Shown here piece after piece: positions 20,860-30,041 of a DNA stretch of 64,000 nt. Each line of letters starts with the position of its first letter. The stretch's first letter is position 1. The DNA lies in sequence record NC_054902.1, one strand, 5' to 3'. Source of the stretch: Enterobacteria phage Aplg8. Below the pieces are notes generated by a model, which saw only the letters and a list, made by a program, of their open reading frames with translations, did not search any database and had not been told where the DNA came from. The translations under genes and the position numbers were made by a program.

Positions 20860-20911
20860 CACTTATCCTCGTTTGGTTTCGGGAATATTATACTCCGGTA
20901 ATCATAAAGCT

Positions 20912-20929
20912 AAAGGCCCGAAGGCCTTT
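20912..20929 (-). terminator. GC-rich tetraloop hairpin
   Basis: aaaggcccgaaggccttt. Confidence 0.4.
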
Positions 20930-21198
20930 TATTTAAAACGAATAGTTGAATCCTTAAAGAACAGCCCAGAACATACTGTTCCTTCTACTTTCTGCCCAGT
21001 AGGTCCAATAGCACGAAATCCAGTATGTTGGAAATCATTTTCAGAACAACCAAACCAATTATATCCAGTGATTTCAATATTAGTAAAACCACTTGAAGAT
21101 AAAACTTTGGTTGCATTATCAGCATCAGTACATCCTGCTAAAGACACTGCTAATACTAATGCCGCGATAGAACGATTAATATATTTCATAATTTTCAC
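20929..21198 (-). CDS. Putative lipoprotein, 89 aa
   Basis: Signal peptide plus lipobox (…ALVLAVSLAGC). Confidence 0.45.
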   Translation of the reverse strand: MKIMKYINRSIAALVLAVSLAGCTDADNATKVLSSSGFTNIEITGYNWFGCSENDFQHTGFRAIGPTGQKVEGTVCSGLFFKDSTIRFK

Positions 21199-21566
21199 TC
21201 AAATTTAATGGCTTGAAGAAGACTAATAATTCTCAAGCGACTTCTTTCATCTTTAACTGTAAAAGAAAGAGGGTCACCAGATTTCATAGTAATAGTACAT
21301 TCAAAATCAAAATCTTCTGTGACTTCTTCGAAGAAGTCAAATTCTTCATCATAAATTAGAACATTACTCTGACAACTATGAAGAATTTTTCCATCATTTC
21401 CAGATGCTGTACTAATCATTGTAACATTATGACCTTTCATATCTTCAACGATAAATTCACTAGTCAATATTACGGCATTAATAGAACTATTCCTATTACT
21501 AGCAGAAAGTAGATATTTCTGTTCTTCACCTTCACGAATACGATATTTCTTACCGATTTTAAACAT
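21195..21566 (-). CDS. Hypothetical protein, 123 aa
   Basis: ORF in the 39-upstream variable region. Confidence 0.45.
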   Translation of the reverse strand: MFKIGKKYRIREGEEQKYLLSASNRNSSINAVILTSEFIVEDMKGHNVTMISTASGNDGKILHSCQSNVLIYDEEFDFFEEVTEDFDFECTITMKSGDPLSFTVKDERSRLRIISLLQAIKFE

Positions 21567-21568
21567 AA

Positions 21569-21745
21569 TTACCCTTTAAGTAAGTCGTAAAATCCACCAT
21601 TCACATGCTTAGGAGCAGAAGGCCGACGAATAGACAGACGATGACATTTAGGGCAAACATCATTTTCTCGTTCAGAAATCTTTTTAATTTTTTCATATTC
21701 ATGCCCGCAATCTTCGGATTGGCATTTATAATCATACATTGGCAT
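21569..21745 (-). CDS. Zinc-ribbon protein, 58 aa (FmdB-like CxxC...CxxC)
   Basis: MPMYDYKCQSEDCGHEYEKIKKISERENDVCPKCHRLS...; fills the gap between flanking ORFs. Not in the ORF track. Confidence 0.4.
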   Translation of the reverse strand: MPMYDYKCQSEDCGHEYEKIKKISERENDVCPKCHRLSIRRPSAPKHVNGGFYDLLKG

Positions 21746-21747
21746 AA

Positions 21748-22173
21748 TTATTCCTTAAAGTGAGCTTTCAACATCTGATACAAGGACCATGCATGTTCAT
21801 TATTTTCAATAGTAACTTTCATGACTGGGAATTCTGTGAAATCTTCTATTTGTTCTTGCTCTTTCTCTTCCTGCTCTTGCTCTTCAACTGCCTGATATGG
21901 ATTTTCCACTTCATCAAAGAACCCAGCTTCGTTAGTAGAAAGCCAAATAAAGTTTTCGTCAAGGATATCACCATGTGTTGCATATCCAACTGTGCCAGTA
22001 GATGTCACAATTTTAGTAGGACGACCAAGATGGTCAACATCTAAAATTTTAAAAGGATGCATACCTAAACGGCGTGCATAGATTCCGTTATCAGTATGAT
22101 CTTTAATAAAATTTTCTTGAGCTTGTTTATTTTTAAATTGATACCATTTATTAACTTCAAATCTAATAGCCAT
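21748..22173 (-). CDS. Hypothetical protein, 141 aa (goF-sized), acidic C-terminal region
   Basis: 141 aa, the size of T4 GoF, at a similar map position; assignment is tentative. Confidence 0.4.
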   Translation of the reverse strand: MAIRFEVNKWYQFKNKQAQENFIKDHTDNGIYARRLGMHPFKILDVDHLGRPTKIVTSTGTVGYATHGDILDENFIWLSTNEAGFFDEVENPYQAVEEQEQEEKEQEQIEDFTEFPVMKVTIENNEHAWSLYQMLKAHFKE

Positions 22174-22421
22174 TAATAAATTTCCTTCCAGTAAGTTGTA
22201 CCGTCTTCAGTGATTTCACGGAATACACCATAAATCGGTTGTTTATCACCAACCTTTTCATACACATAAACCGAAGTCAAGTGAGTAAACTTGATGGTGT
22301 GTTCCTTTTGAACTACTACCAAATCTGGATCGAATAATACATCTTCAAATTCGTCATTAGTGCAATTCTGAACAATTTTACGTTTCATTACAATTTCCTC
22401 ATTAATTGAACAGTGGAGCAA
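22173..22421 (-). CDS. Hypothetical protein, 82 aa
   Basis: ORF; stop/start overlap with neighbours. Confidence 0.35.
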   Translation of the reverse strand: MLHCSINEEIVMKRKIVQNCTNDEFEDVLFDPDLVVVQKEHTIKFTHLTSVYVYEKVGDKQPIYGVFREITEDGTTYWKEIY

Positions 22422-22683
22422 TGCGTTTCAGAAGAGTAGCAGCACCTTTGGCGAATTTTACATCATGAAAAACAGTTTCTTCTTCCGTTACAACACGAGC
22501 TTTAATGTTTTCACAATCCCAATTTTTGCGAACAATCTTCAAAAGCTGCAGTAAATCTTTACATTCAGCAATATCGATAACACATCCACGAGAATCTTCC
22601 ATTATCGCACGATAACCGTAAGCCATACCATAATTGTTGAAAGATTGCTCGATGATAATTAAGTTTTCCATTTTATTCTCCAA
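22402..22683 (-). CDS. Hypothetical protein, 93 aa
   Basis: ORF downstream of an early-promoter-like element at 22690-22765. Confidence 0.35.
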   Translation of the reverse strand: MENKMENLIIIEQSFNNYGMAYGYRAIMEDSRGCVIDIAECKDLLQLLKIVRKNWDCENIKARVVTEEETVFHDVKFAKGAATLLKRIAPLFN

Positions 22684-22778
22684 GTTGTTTTCTGTATCAG
22701 TAGTTGATATTGATATAGTACCATAATCAACTACTGATGTATATAGTTTTATGAAAAAATTTTAAACTTTATGCAAAT

Positions 22779-23198
22779 TTATGCTAAAGCTGCTTCGCAC
22801 CATTTTTTAATTTGGAATTCAGGAACTACCATGAACTGGCCTGCAAAAACAATATTGTAGAGCTTGACACCATCTTCTACCCAACGGTCCGAAATAAAAC
22901 CAGCGACTTGATTCGTTGTCCATGGAGTTCCATCTGTTGCCGCCGCAATTGTGAATTTATGGTCTTTTACAACTAAAACTGAAGAACAAAGTTTCCATTT
23001 AAATGCGCTTTCTTCTGGCTCAATGAACTGACTTGAGACATAACCAATGTTACCATCAGCGTCACGAACTTTAACCTCGTTACGACCAAAAACTGGATCA
23101 CTTACAGAAAGAACTTCAACCAGCTTTCCTGCAACTTTAGAACGAGAAGCAACGGATACATATACGTAATCACCAGTAGAGAGATTTACAATATTCAT
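22779..23198 (-). CDS. Paralogue-family protein P3 (KOW/SH3-like N-terminus, conserved C-terminal motif)
   Basis: 139 aa; N-terminus VSVASRSKVAGKLVEV...; C-terminus FISDRWVEDGVKLYNIVFAGQFMVV, shared with 23208-23681 and 23754-24248. Confidence 0.5.
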   Translation of the reverse strand: MNIVNLSTGDYVYVSVASRSKVAGKLVEVLSVSDPVFGRNEVKVRDADGNIGYVSSQFIEPEESAFKWKLCSSVLVVKDHKFTIAAATDGTPWTTNQVAGFISDRWVEDGVKLYNIVFAGQFMVVPEFQIKKWCEAALA

Positions 23199-23207
23199 AA
23201 TAATTCC

Positions 23208-23681
23208 TTAAGCTTTACGAGGAGAAGCATAACGAGTGATTTCAGATTCTTCAACAACCCGGAAGTCACCTAAAAATACAATATTGTATAGCTTTTTACC
23301 GTCTTCAATCCATTGGTCTGTGATGAAGCCACACATCCTATCAGTTTTACTTGGACCAGCGAAATCATCAATATAATCGAATTCTTCATCAGTTACAAAT
23401 TCAACGCCTTTACACAACGCCCATTTAAATTGTGCATTAGACTCAGTGGATTCAACTTCTTCAACAGAAGCAAAATGAGAGCTAACACGAGTTTCCAGAA
23501 ATTTAGGACTTACGTAAGCGTACTGAGTTTCAGTTTTTCCAGAACTAGGAATGATTCGAACTTTAACTTCTATAACACGACCAGTACCATTAGTACGAAG
23601 TCCTACCACTTCAACTAGACGACCTGCAGCTTTAGAACGAGATGCAGACGATACACGCTTAATTTCACCGATAGTAATCAT
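23208..23681 (-). CDS. Paralogue-family protein P2
   Basis: 157 aa; VSSASRSKAAGRLVEVVG... and FITDQWIEDGKKLYNIVFLGDFRVV. Confidence 0.5.
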   Translation of the reverse strand: MITIGEIKRVSSASRSKAAGRLVEVVGLRTNGTGRVIEVKVRIIPSSGKTETQYAYVSPKFLETRVSSHFASVEEVESTESNAQFKWALCKGVEFVTDEEFDYIDDFAGPSKTDRMCGFITDQWIEDGKKLYNIVFLGDFRVVEESEITRYASPRKA

Positions 23682-23753
23682 AATTTTTCTCTCTTTGCTG
23701 TTAAGATTTATTCTCCATGAGAGCCATTATAACAGGCTCTCTATAAAGTAAAC

Positions 23754-24248
23754 TTAATTAAGGATATTAATTACTGCACTACGTGGAACTACACTAAAAT
23801 CACCTGCATGAACAACGTTCAGAAGTTCAACACCGTCTTCAATCCACTGATCAGTTACCCATCCACTCACTGGACCTGCGAACGGACGTCGAATTGAAAC
23901 AGCTTTACACAACAAATCAGTAGGCTCAATAGGCTTAACCAGAGTACCGTACATACAAGCGATATCCATATCAATACAGATGTCTTTAACGGGTTCTACT
24001 TCTTCAATCAACAGTTCAAAGTCGGTGCTTGGAAGGGCGGTAGTAGAAATTGTACCGTATGAATTTTTAATTTCTAAGAATAACCAAGGGCCTTCAGCTT
24101 GTTTGATGAAGTTAACAATAGTGAAACTATTACCTTGAGTGGCGCCTAAAATTTCACAAAACTTTTCATAAGCTCGCACTGAAGCACCATACCAGTTGAT
24201 TTGCTTTTCGTCTTTCAGGATGTAAGTAGCTGTAGTACTGATATTCAT
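23754..24248 (-). CDS. Paralogue-family protein P1 (shares only the C-terminal motif)
   Basis: 164 aa; WVTDQWIEDGVELLNVVHAGDFSVV. Confidence 0.5.
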   Translation of the reverse strand: MNISTTATYILKDEKQINWYGASVRAYEKFCEILGATQGNSFTIVNFIKQAEGPWLFLEIKNSYGTISTTALPSTDFELLIEEVEPVKDICIDMDIACMYGTLVKPIEPTDLLCKAVSIRRPFAGPVSGWVTDQWIEDGVELLNVVHAGDFSVVPRSAVINILN

Positions 24249-24260
24249 GATGTTTTCCCC

Positions 24261-24764
24261 TTAATCTAAGGTAATAAAGCCTTTTAATTCGGCATGTGAC
24301 TTGCGGAACATTACTTGATGACCGCCAATGATAACTTGGTCATCAGGTACTTCGTATACAGCGAGATAAAATCCTTTAGAAGCTAATTCTTCACGCTCTT
24401 CTCGTGTGAACCATCTCATCATATCATATTCGCTAGCGAAAGCAAAATGATAAAGAGCTATAAACCATCCTGGAATATAGTGATCTACGCCTACATATTC
24501 TTCTTTCTCAAAATTAGTATTAATTGCTATATTAGCATTTTTAACTAATAATTTGTCTTCATGCGGCACAGGAATTCTTTTATTATCATTACTATGATGC
24601 ATAAAATTAGGTCTGTCATAACCTACGTGTAATAACCACTCTTCACTCCATGAATCTATTATACTCCTGTACGGAGTTATTTGAACACAAAGATCTCGAC
24701 GTATTGTTATAGCATCTTCATAATTAAGAATACTAAATGATGATTCAACACGATAAATTTTCAT
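24261..24764 (-). CDS. Hypothetical protein, about 167 aa
   Basis: Start at MKIYRVESS with GAGGATAATAAA ribosome-binding site; early promoter directly upstream. Confidence 0.45.
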   Translation of the reverse strand: MKIYRVESSFSILNYEDAITIRRDLCVQITPYRSIIDSWSEEWLLHVGYDRPNFMHHSNDNKRIPVPHEDKLLVKNANIAINTNFEKEEYVGVDHYIPGWFIALYHFAFASEYDMMRWFTREEREELASKGFYLAVYEVPDDQVIIGGHQVMFRKSHAELKGFITLD

Positions 24765-24784
24765 TTTATTATCCTCAGTAGCTA

Positions 24785-24825
24785 TGGTGTTATAATACCA
24801 CAACTAACCGAGGAAGTAAACAACT
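24785..24825 (-). promoter_or_regulatory. T4 early promoter
   Basis: - strand GTTTAC, spacer, GGTATTATAAC. Confidence 0.55.
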
Positions 24826-24827
24826 TT

Positions 24828-25511
24828 TTATCGTTTTGTTGGAAGAGACAGAGGATCGCACTCTTCCTCTGACGGAGCATCTTCAAGACCCATAGCGTAT
24901 CGCAAAGCATACTTCATCATCAGGATGTCTTTCGCACAGTCATGAATAGAATCATGCGCAACGAATCCATCTAAGGTTCCCTTTGGAAGAGGACATGTTG
25001 TCATATCACGAACAAGCAGAAGTGCTTCAATTCTGGTACGAATATCACGCTGATTCCAGAATTTACATGGTTCTAACTTAAATGTGTCAAGCTCATTCTC
25101 AGAAACACCATTAAGACGTTGAATATCACGAATGAGATCGACTAAAATTGGAAAATCAAACGACATTCCACGGCACCAGCCTTGAGATTTCCAAGGATCG
25201 ATATTATGTGCATTGATGTAATCATTAAATTTTGCAATACCGTCGATAGTGCTTACATCTTCATCGGATGGTGCAATATTTTTTCGAGCTTCAGGAGATT
25301 GATTTTTCCACCATTCGATAGTGCTTTTAGTAAAAAGACGATGTCCTTTTTGGCTTTTTAAATCAAATTTGATTTTAATGCCACGTGAAACTAATTCATC
25401 AAACGTTTCAACTACTTCTGGGTTAGGGTCAAAAGCAATTACAGCCAAATCAATAACAGCTGCTTTTTCACCGCTTCCCATTGTTTCAAAATCTATAATA
25501 AAATCAAACAT
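24828..25511 (-). CDS. dexA: Exonuclease A (DnaQ-like 3'-5' exonuclease)
   Basis: 227 aa, same as T4 DexA; MFDFIIDFETMG... Exo-I motif. Confidence 0.85.
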   Translation of the reverse strand: MFDFIIDFETMGSGEKAAVIDLAVIAFDPNPEVVETFDELVSRGIKIKFDLKSQKGHRLFTKSTIEWWKNQSPEARKNIAPSDEDVSTIDGIAKFNDYINAHNIDPWKSQGWCRGMSFDFPILVDLIRDIQRLNGVSENELDTFKLEPCKFWNQRDIRTRIEALLLVRDMTTCPLPKGTLDGFVAHDSIHDCAKDILMMKYALRYAMGLEDAPSEEECDPLSLPTKR

Positions 25512-25786
25512 TAAATTTTCCTTGCTAAATCGCGAATTTGACCTACAGTATAATCTTGGATATAAACTTTATTAATAGGCTCATCAATAAATTTTGCCAT
25601 AGATTCAATATCTTTTTGCATCTCTTCAAGACTGTATATTATCTTTAAAGCTTTTTCGCGAATAGTAATATTTTCAGGACCAGAATTTTTCTCAATGACA
25701 GCTTTAACATTTGTCATAAGAGATTTAAACTGCTGCAAACTTAATTCAATCATTAATAACCGCCTTATAAAGATGGCTAATTTCAC
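25511..25786 (-). CDS. Hypothetical protein, 91 aa
   Basis: ORF; paralogous to 25746-26006. Confidence 0.4.
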   Translation of the reverse strand: MKLAIFIRRLLMIELSLQQFKSLMTNVKAVIEKNSGPENITIREKALKIIYSLEEMQKDIESMAKFIDEPINKVYIQDYTVGQIRDLARKI

Positions 25787-26006
25787 CTAAAATGTAATCA
25801 CTGATTGTAACAGTTTTTACTTCACCACAAAAGAATTCTAACGCAATTAAATCTCGTTCAATTTCTTCTAATTGAAGCATTAACTTGCCAGATTCAATTT
25901 TTACATTTCTACGATTTTTACTATAAGCTATTTCATAAATTTCGCTCACTTTATCTTGAAGCAGATAAAACTGGTCTTTAGTTATTTCCACGAATAGCTT
26001 CCTCAA
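25746..26006 (-). CDS. Hypothetical protein, 86 aa
   Basis: ORF with recognisable similarity to the downstream 91-aa ORF (QF..L...V......LEE...D......V.I.DY..G.I..L). Confidence 0.4.
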   Translation of the reverse strand: MRKLFVEITKDQFYLLQDKVSEIYEIAYSKNRRNVKIESGKLMLQLEEIERDLIALEFFCGEVKTVTISDYILGEISHLYKAVIND

Positions 26007-26238
26007 ATTTAATTAGTAATTTACAGACACTTTCATCTAGTGTAATTACCGTATCTGTATTACTGTGATATGATTGTTTTTCAATTCGTTTAATTGCTAA
26101 TATAGTATCACTTATAAGATAAAGCTTATGAAGGAGCTCAGCTCCTGTTACCATAACATCGAGATTATCTTGCTTATTAGTATGCTTCCTTATACCATCT
26201 ATTAGACGATTTAAATATTTTGAATTGATGTTAATCAT
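25978..26238 (-). CDS. Hypothetical protein, 86 aa
   Basis: ORF immediately downstream of dda. Confidence 0.4.
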   Translation of the reverse strand: MININSKYLNRLIDGIRKHTNKQDNLDVMVTGAELLHKLYLISDTILAIKRIEKQSYHSNTDTVITLDESVCKLLIKFEEAIRGNN

Positions 26239-26244
26239 ATAGCC

Positions 26245-27564
26245 TCACACATAAAACACATCATAACGACCACGTGTTACACCAACATAAAGAAGTTGTT
26301 GAGCTAGTTCAGCATCTGCATAATGAATACAAGGCGTATAAATGAAAGCACGGTCTACAGACATACCCTGAGCTTTATGGAATGTTGATGCAGGAAGTGC
26401 TTTCACTTTACTAAACTGTGATTTAGCATCCCAAAAATCACTCCACGGAGCCTTTCCGCCTTTATTCCAATTTTTATAAGTTTCTGCCGTTTTACCTAAA
26501 AACAGGTTAAACTTATATAGCTCTTCATCAGATGAAATTATTTTAATCTTTTCACGATAATATTCATCATCGCCGTAAGTTTCTACTGTTAAATCCCAAT
26601 GACGAATTAAGTATTCTCCAGGAACACCACGAGCTTTAACAAACGTTGATGTATACTCTGCTTCTATAATACGAACTAATTGTCCATTATTAAAAATAAT
26701 TTCTGATACAGGCTTTCCATCAATTTTATATGTTTTAATTAATGGTTCCTGCATTACAATAATTTCACCAACAATAAAATCTTTATCAGTTTCAAAAATC
26801 TTTTTACGAATAATATTGTTTAACTTGTCAACAGATTTATTCGTAAATGCCATTACGCGATTTTCAAACAAATCATCTAGTGATTTGACGATTGAAAAAT
26901 AATTTACCATAAAATCGCGTAAAGCGGTATCACCAGTAAATCCACGTACTCCATGCCCGTCAACAACTTTATCATAAATCCACTTACCGTTACGAACGTC
27001 AGTAGCTACATCAATAATAGGAGCATTACTGCGTTTAACTTCAGTGAGTTCACACTGATAAAAATCTTTATGCGTAAAGAATGGACTGATATAAGCAGTA
27101 TTTTCTCCTGGGTCAACAGGTCTAATTTGCTTATTATCACCTATTCCAATTATAGTACACCACGGCGGGATAGTTGAAAGCAGAATTTTAAATAGCTTTC
27201 TATCATACATTGACACTTCATCGCAGATTAATACTCTGCATTTAGCTAAATCTGGTACTTCCTTCTGCTCAAAGAGGACATTTTCTTCATATGTTACCGG
27301 GTTAATTTTGAGAATACTGTGAATAGTACTCGCTTCTTTCCCTGATAGTTTTGAAAGAATCTTTTTAGCTGCATGAGTAGGAGCTGCTAAAATAATGCCA
27401 GTTTCGCCCGTAGATATTAAGGCTTCAATGATGAACTTAGTAAGAGTAGTCTTACCAGTACCAGCAGGTCCATTAATAGTTACATGATGTTTCTTTTCTT
27501 TAATAGCCCTCATAACAATGTTAAAGGCATTTTTCTGGCCTTCAGTCAAATCATCAAATGTCAT
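26245..27564 (-). CDS. dda: Dda DNA helicase (SF1B)
   Basis: 439 aa, same as T4 Dda; Walker A GPAGTGKTT; near-identical to T4 Dda as recalled. Confidence 0.9.
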   Translation of the reverse strand: MTFDDLTEGQKNAFNIVMRAIKEKKHHVTINGPAGTGKTTLTKFIIEALISTGETGIILAAPTHAAKKILSKLSGKEASTIHSILKINPVTYEENVLFEQKEVPDLAKCRVLICDEVSMYDRKLFKILLSTIPPWCTIIGIGDNKQIRPVDPGENTAYISPFFTHKDFYQCELTEVKRSNAPIIDVATDVRNGKWIYDKVVDGHGVRGFTGDTALRDFMVNYFSIVKSLDDLFENRVMAFTNKSVDKLNNIIRKKIFETDKDFIVGEIIVMQEPLIKTYKIDGKPVSEIIFNNGQLVRIIEAEYTSTFVKARGVPGEYLIRHWDLTVETYGDDEYYREKIKIISSDEELYKFNLFLGKTAETYKNWNKGGKAPWSDFWDAKSQFSKVKALPASTFHKAQGMSVDRAFIYTPCIHYADAELAQQLLYVGVTRGRYDVFYV

Positions 27565-27872
27565 CGTAAATTCCCTGCAATTGGTATACTAACAATACGC
27601 CCAGTATCTAAAATTCGCCGATATAATCTTTGTGTGTCTACATCAGGCTTAACATGTTTAACTTCTATTTTATTAAACCAAAACTTGCGTGGAGTCTCAA
27701 CTAATCTTGGAATTCCCTTACCTAAAGCTAATCGATACTGCTCTTTAAGAGTAGTAAATACTTTATCAGCAATATTCCATTCAAAAAATACAGCAGGACG
27801 ATGTTCATCAAGCGGAACTGGCGCCGTAAATCCGTCTTTGTCTCGGTAAACTATCGCATATACATAAACCAT
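27561..27872 (-). CDS. dda.1-like hypothetical protein, 103 aa
   Basis: ORF with stop/start overlap with dda. Confidence 0.45.
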   Translation of the reverse strand: MVYVYAIVYRDKDGFTAPVPLDEHRPAVFFEWNIADKVFTTLKEQYRLALGKGIPRLVETPRKFWFNKIEVKHVKPDVDTQRLYRRILDTGRIVSIPIAGNLR

Positions 27873-27873
27873 A

Positions 27874-28629
27874 TTATCCTCGGATAAGTTTAAAAATTGA
27901 ACAATTTAGCGGGTATCCTCTTTTCAGTTTAAGTTTATCAATAAAAGACAAGTTTTGATACCGCTCTACACCTTGAATAATTTTATCACACATATCATAT
28001 TGCATTTCTGCTTCTGACAACTTTTTCACAATTTTCCAATCCGAGCCTTTAAGAAGAACGTTCAGTTTAACAACTTCAGCGCCTTCTGCTATGCGAGAAC
28101 CATCAATACGAGCTTTAAGTGCTATAATTCTTAGCTTAATGTCAGAGGTCTGTTTTGATTTAGAAAGCTGAGAAATGTGTTCAATTCGGTTTTCACGTTT
28201 TTTCTGTATAGCTTTAATTTGATTATAAGTCTTTTTGATTTTAGCCCATTTCTTTTCATCTAAATTTAGTTTATGAACTTTTTTCGCAGATGAACGACCA
28301 ATTCGCAAAGCAAACAAATCACGTTTTTCAATTAACTCCTCTAAAGTATAATCAGAACGAAATGTATTATACTTTTTCTTTACTGCAATAACATTCCCTT
28401 TAATGTATCCAACGTTATTATCAAAACGTTCTAATGATAATTTCTCTCCTTCAATACGATTATCAAAAGGTTCTCCCGAGTAAGCACAAACTTTTTGATC
28501 TAAAATGTTCTTAATGTAATTGAAGTCTAAGTTAAAATCTTTAGAACGTCTTTTTGCAGATGCCTGAGTATGCTCTAAACGACGTTTAATTTTACGAATT
28601 TGGTTATTAGACATATTATGCAGTTTCAT
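27874..28629 (-). CDS. Srd-like protein (putative anti-sigma/sigma-decay factor)
   Basis: 251 aa basic protein at the T4 srd position between modA and dda.1; assignment by synteny only. Confidence 0.45.
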   Translation of the reverse strand: MKLHNMSNNQIRKIKRRLEHTQASAKRRSKDFNLDFNYIKNILDQKVCAYSGEPFDNRIEGEKLSLERFDNNVGYIKGNVIAVKKKYNTFRSDYTLEELIEKRDLFALRIGRSSAKKVHKLNLDEKKWAKIKKTYNQIKAIQKKRENRIEHISQLSKSKQTSDIKLRIIALKARIDGSRIAEGAEVVKLNVLLKGSDWKIVKKLSEAEMQYDMCDKIIQGVERYQNLSFIDKLKLKRGYPLNCSIFKLIRG

Positions 28630-28654
28630 ATTTTTATCACATCTTACGGACGAT

Positions 28655-28700
28655 TGACTACTATACTATAACATTTTTACTTTAACTTGTAAACAACTTT
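28655..28700 (-). promoter_or_regulatory. T4 early promoter
   Basis: - strand GTTTAC (28689-28694), spacer, -10-like TATAGTATAG. Confidence 0.45.
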
Positions 28701-28751
28701 ATGTAAAAATGCTTTAAAAATTTCATGGTATAATGAATCTAAGTCCTTCCA

Positions 28752-29354
28752 TTATAGATTAAATCCTTCAAAATCAAGAGTATAGATAGTGTATGTTGAA
28801 TACTTTTTGTACTCATATCTATCTGCAATTTTAAATACACTTCCAGCTGGTATCATTACTTCTTGTTCATCTGAAACTAATTCCATATTACGATAACGAT
28901 GGCTATCCGGAAACTTAAAGTTTGGATTGTATTCTTTACAGCGTAGAGCTTTTATAGCATACTCCTGGAAATTGAATACCATAGGAGCTTTGAATTCAAA
29001 AATAACTTGTGTGTTGTATTCTAATCCAGAAGCAAAATGTAGAGCTATATTTTTATCATATGAAGCTGATACTACTTTATCAAATGTAATAATATCAATT
29101 CCTTGATTTAACACCTGCTTAGTCTCAACTGGAACACCTCTCCAAAGAGGTTTATCGTTTGGAACCAAACGAGATTTGATTATTTCATTTAACCAAGTAT
29201 GGTCATCTGGCTTATTAGTAATACAATGAATTAAAAGTTCAATTTCAGATAAATTAAACCCTTCAGAAAGTAATTCTTCACGAATAGAAGCACGCACCGA
29301 TGCATCCATTGATTTTATTTTAAAATCTTTTAGTTGCATTACTGAGTATTTCAT
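28752..29354 (-). CDS. modA: ModA ADP-ribosyltransferase
   Basis: 200 aa, same as T4 ModA; R...S...E-type motif (RGVP ... SASYD ... EQEVMIP). Confidence 0.7.
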   Translation of the reverse strand: MKYSVMQLKDFKIKSMDASVRASIREELLSEGFNLSEIELLIHCITNKPDDHTWLNEIIKSRLVPNDKPLWRGVPVETKQVLNQGIDIITFDKVVSASYDKNIALHFASGLEYNTQVIFEFKAPMVFNFQEYAIKALRCKEYNPNFKFPDSHRYRNMELVSDEQEVMIPAGSVFKIADRYEYKKYSTYTIYTLDFEGFNL

Positions 29355-29974
29355 TCAACTACCTCAATATCATAAACTTTAAATGTTCCAAATGAATCGT
29401 GTAATTTTTCTTTTGAAATAGAAGTTATTTTATACTTTCCAATTGGAATCATCCATTCTTGTTCATGTGCAATCATCATTAAGTTATCAGTACGTTCTGA
29501 ATCTAATCCATCAGTATCTTCATATGTATACTTAAACTCAGTATTAGGAGAAGAAAGTATAATATCGCTGATATGGTCAGAGTAATTAAAAGCTTTATCC
29601 GTTTTTAAGCGAAGTACTATTTCAGTGAAATATTCAGCATAAGAAAAAGAACACGCTGTATGCAAACTAGTAGTAAATGAATCTACTCTGTTCGTTGAAA
29701 ACACTTCTCCAACTTGTAAATCTTTAATGAGTTCTTTTGTCGATTTTGATATACCACGATATAGCTGATACGGCGATTTAGTTAAATGCTTTTTAACGAT
29801 TTTATTCAACTGTTGGTGAAGAGCTTCATTCTTTTTGGCTTCCATACATTGCCAAAGAACTGACTGTTCAAAGTCAGTAAATTTTTCACAGACCTTTTTA
29901 TACATATCATATTGAAAATCAACACTTTCAGCTTTTATAGATAGCTGTTCAACATCTGCAAGATTAATAATCAT
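29351..29974 (-). CDS. modB: ModB ADP-ribosyltransferase
   Basis: 207 aa, same as T4 ModB; paralogue of ModA (RGIS ... EQEWMIP). Confidence 0.7.
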   Translation of the reverse strand: MIINLADVEQLSIKAESVDFQYDMYKKVCEKFTDFEQSVLWQCMEAKKNEALHQQLNKIVKKHLTKSPYQLYRGISKSTKELIKDLQVGEVFSTNRVDSFTTSLHTACSFSYAEYFTEIVLRLKTDKAFNYSDHISDIILSSPNTEFKYTYEDTDGLDSERTDNLMMIAHEQEWMIPIGKYKITSISKEKLHDSFGTFKVYDIEVVE

Positions 29975-30041
29975 GATAGCCTCCGTATACTTCAGAAGCT
30001 ATCATATCATTGTTAGGAAGGAAAGTAAACAACTTTTTGAA

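Noticed and set aside
19042-20862. Gene 60-style translational bypass or programmed frameshift in the topoisomerase gene
   Set aside because: The GyrB-like ORF is continuous, with no internal stop, no take-off/landing GGA pair flanking a 50-nt gap, and no separate gene 60 ORF.
27874-28629. Srd-like ORF as a possible degenerate HNH nuclease (C.YSG...ERFDNN.GY..GN segment)
   Set aside because: The resemblance is a short pattern without the His/Asn catalytic residues in register; synteny with T4 srd is the better explanation.
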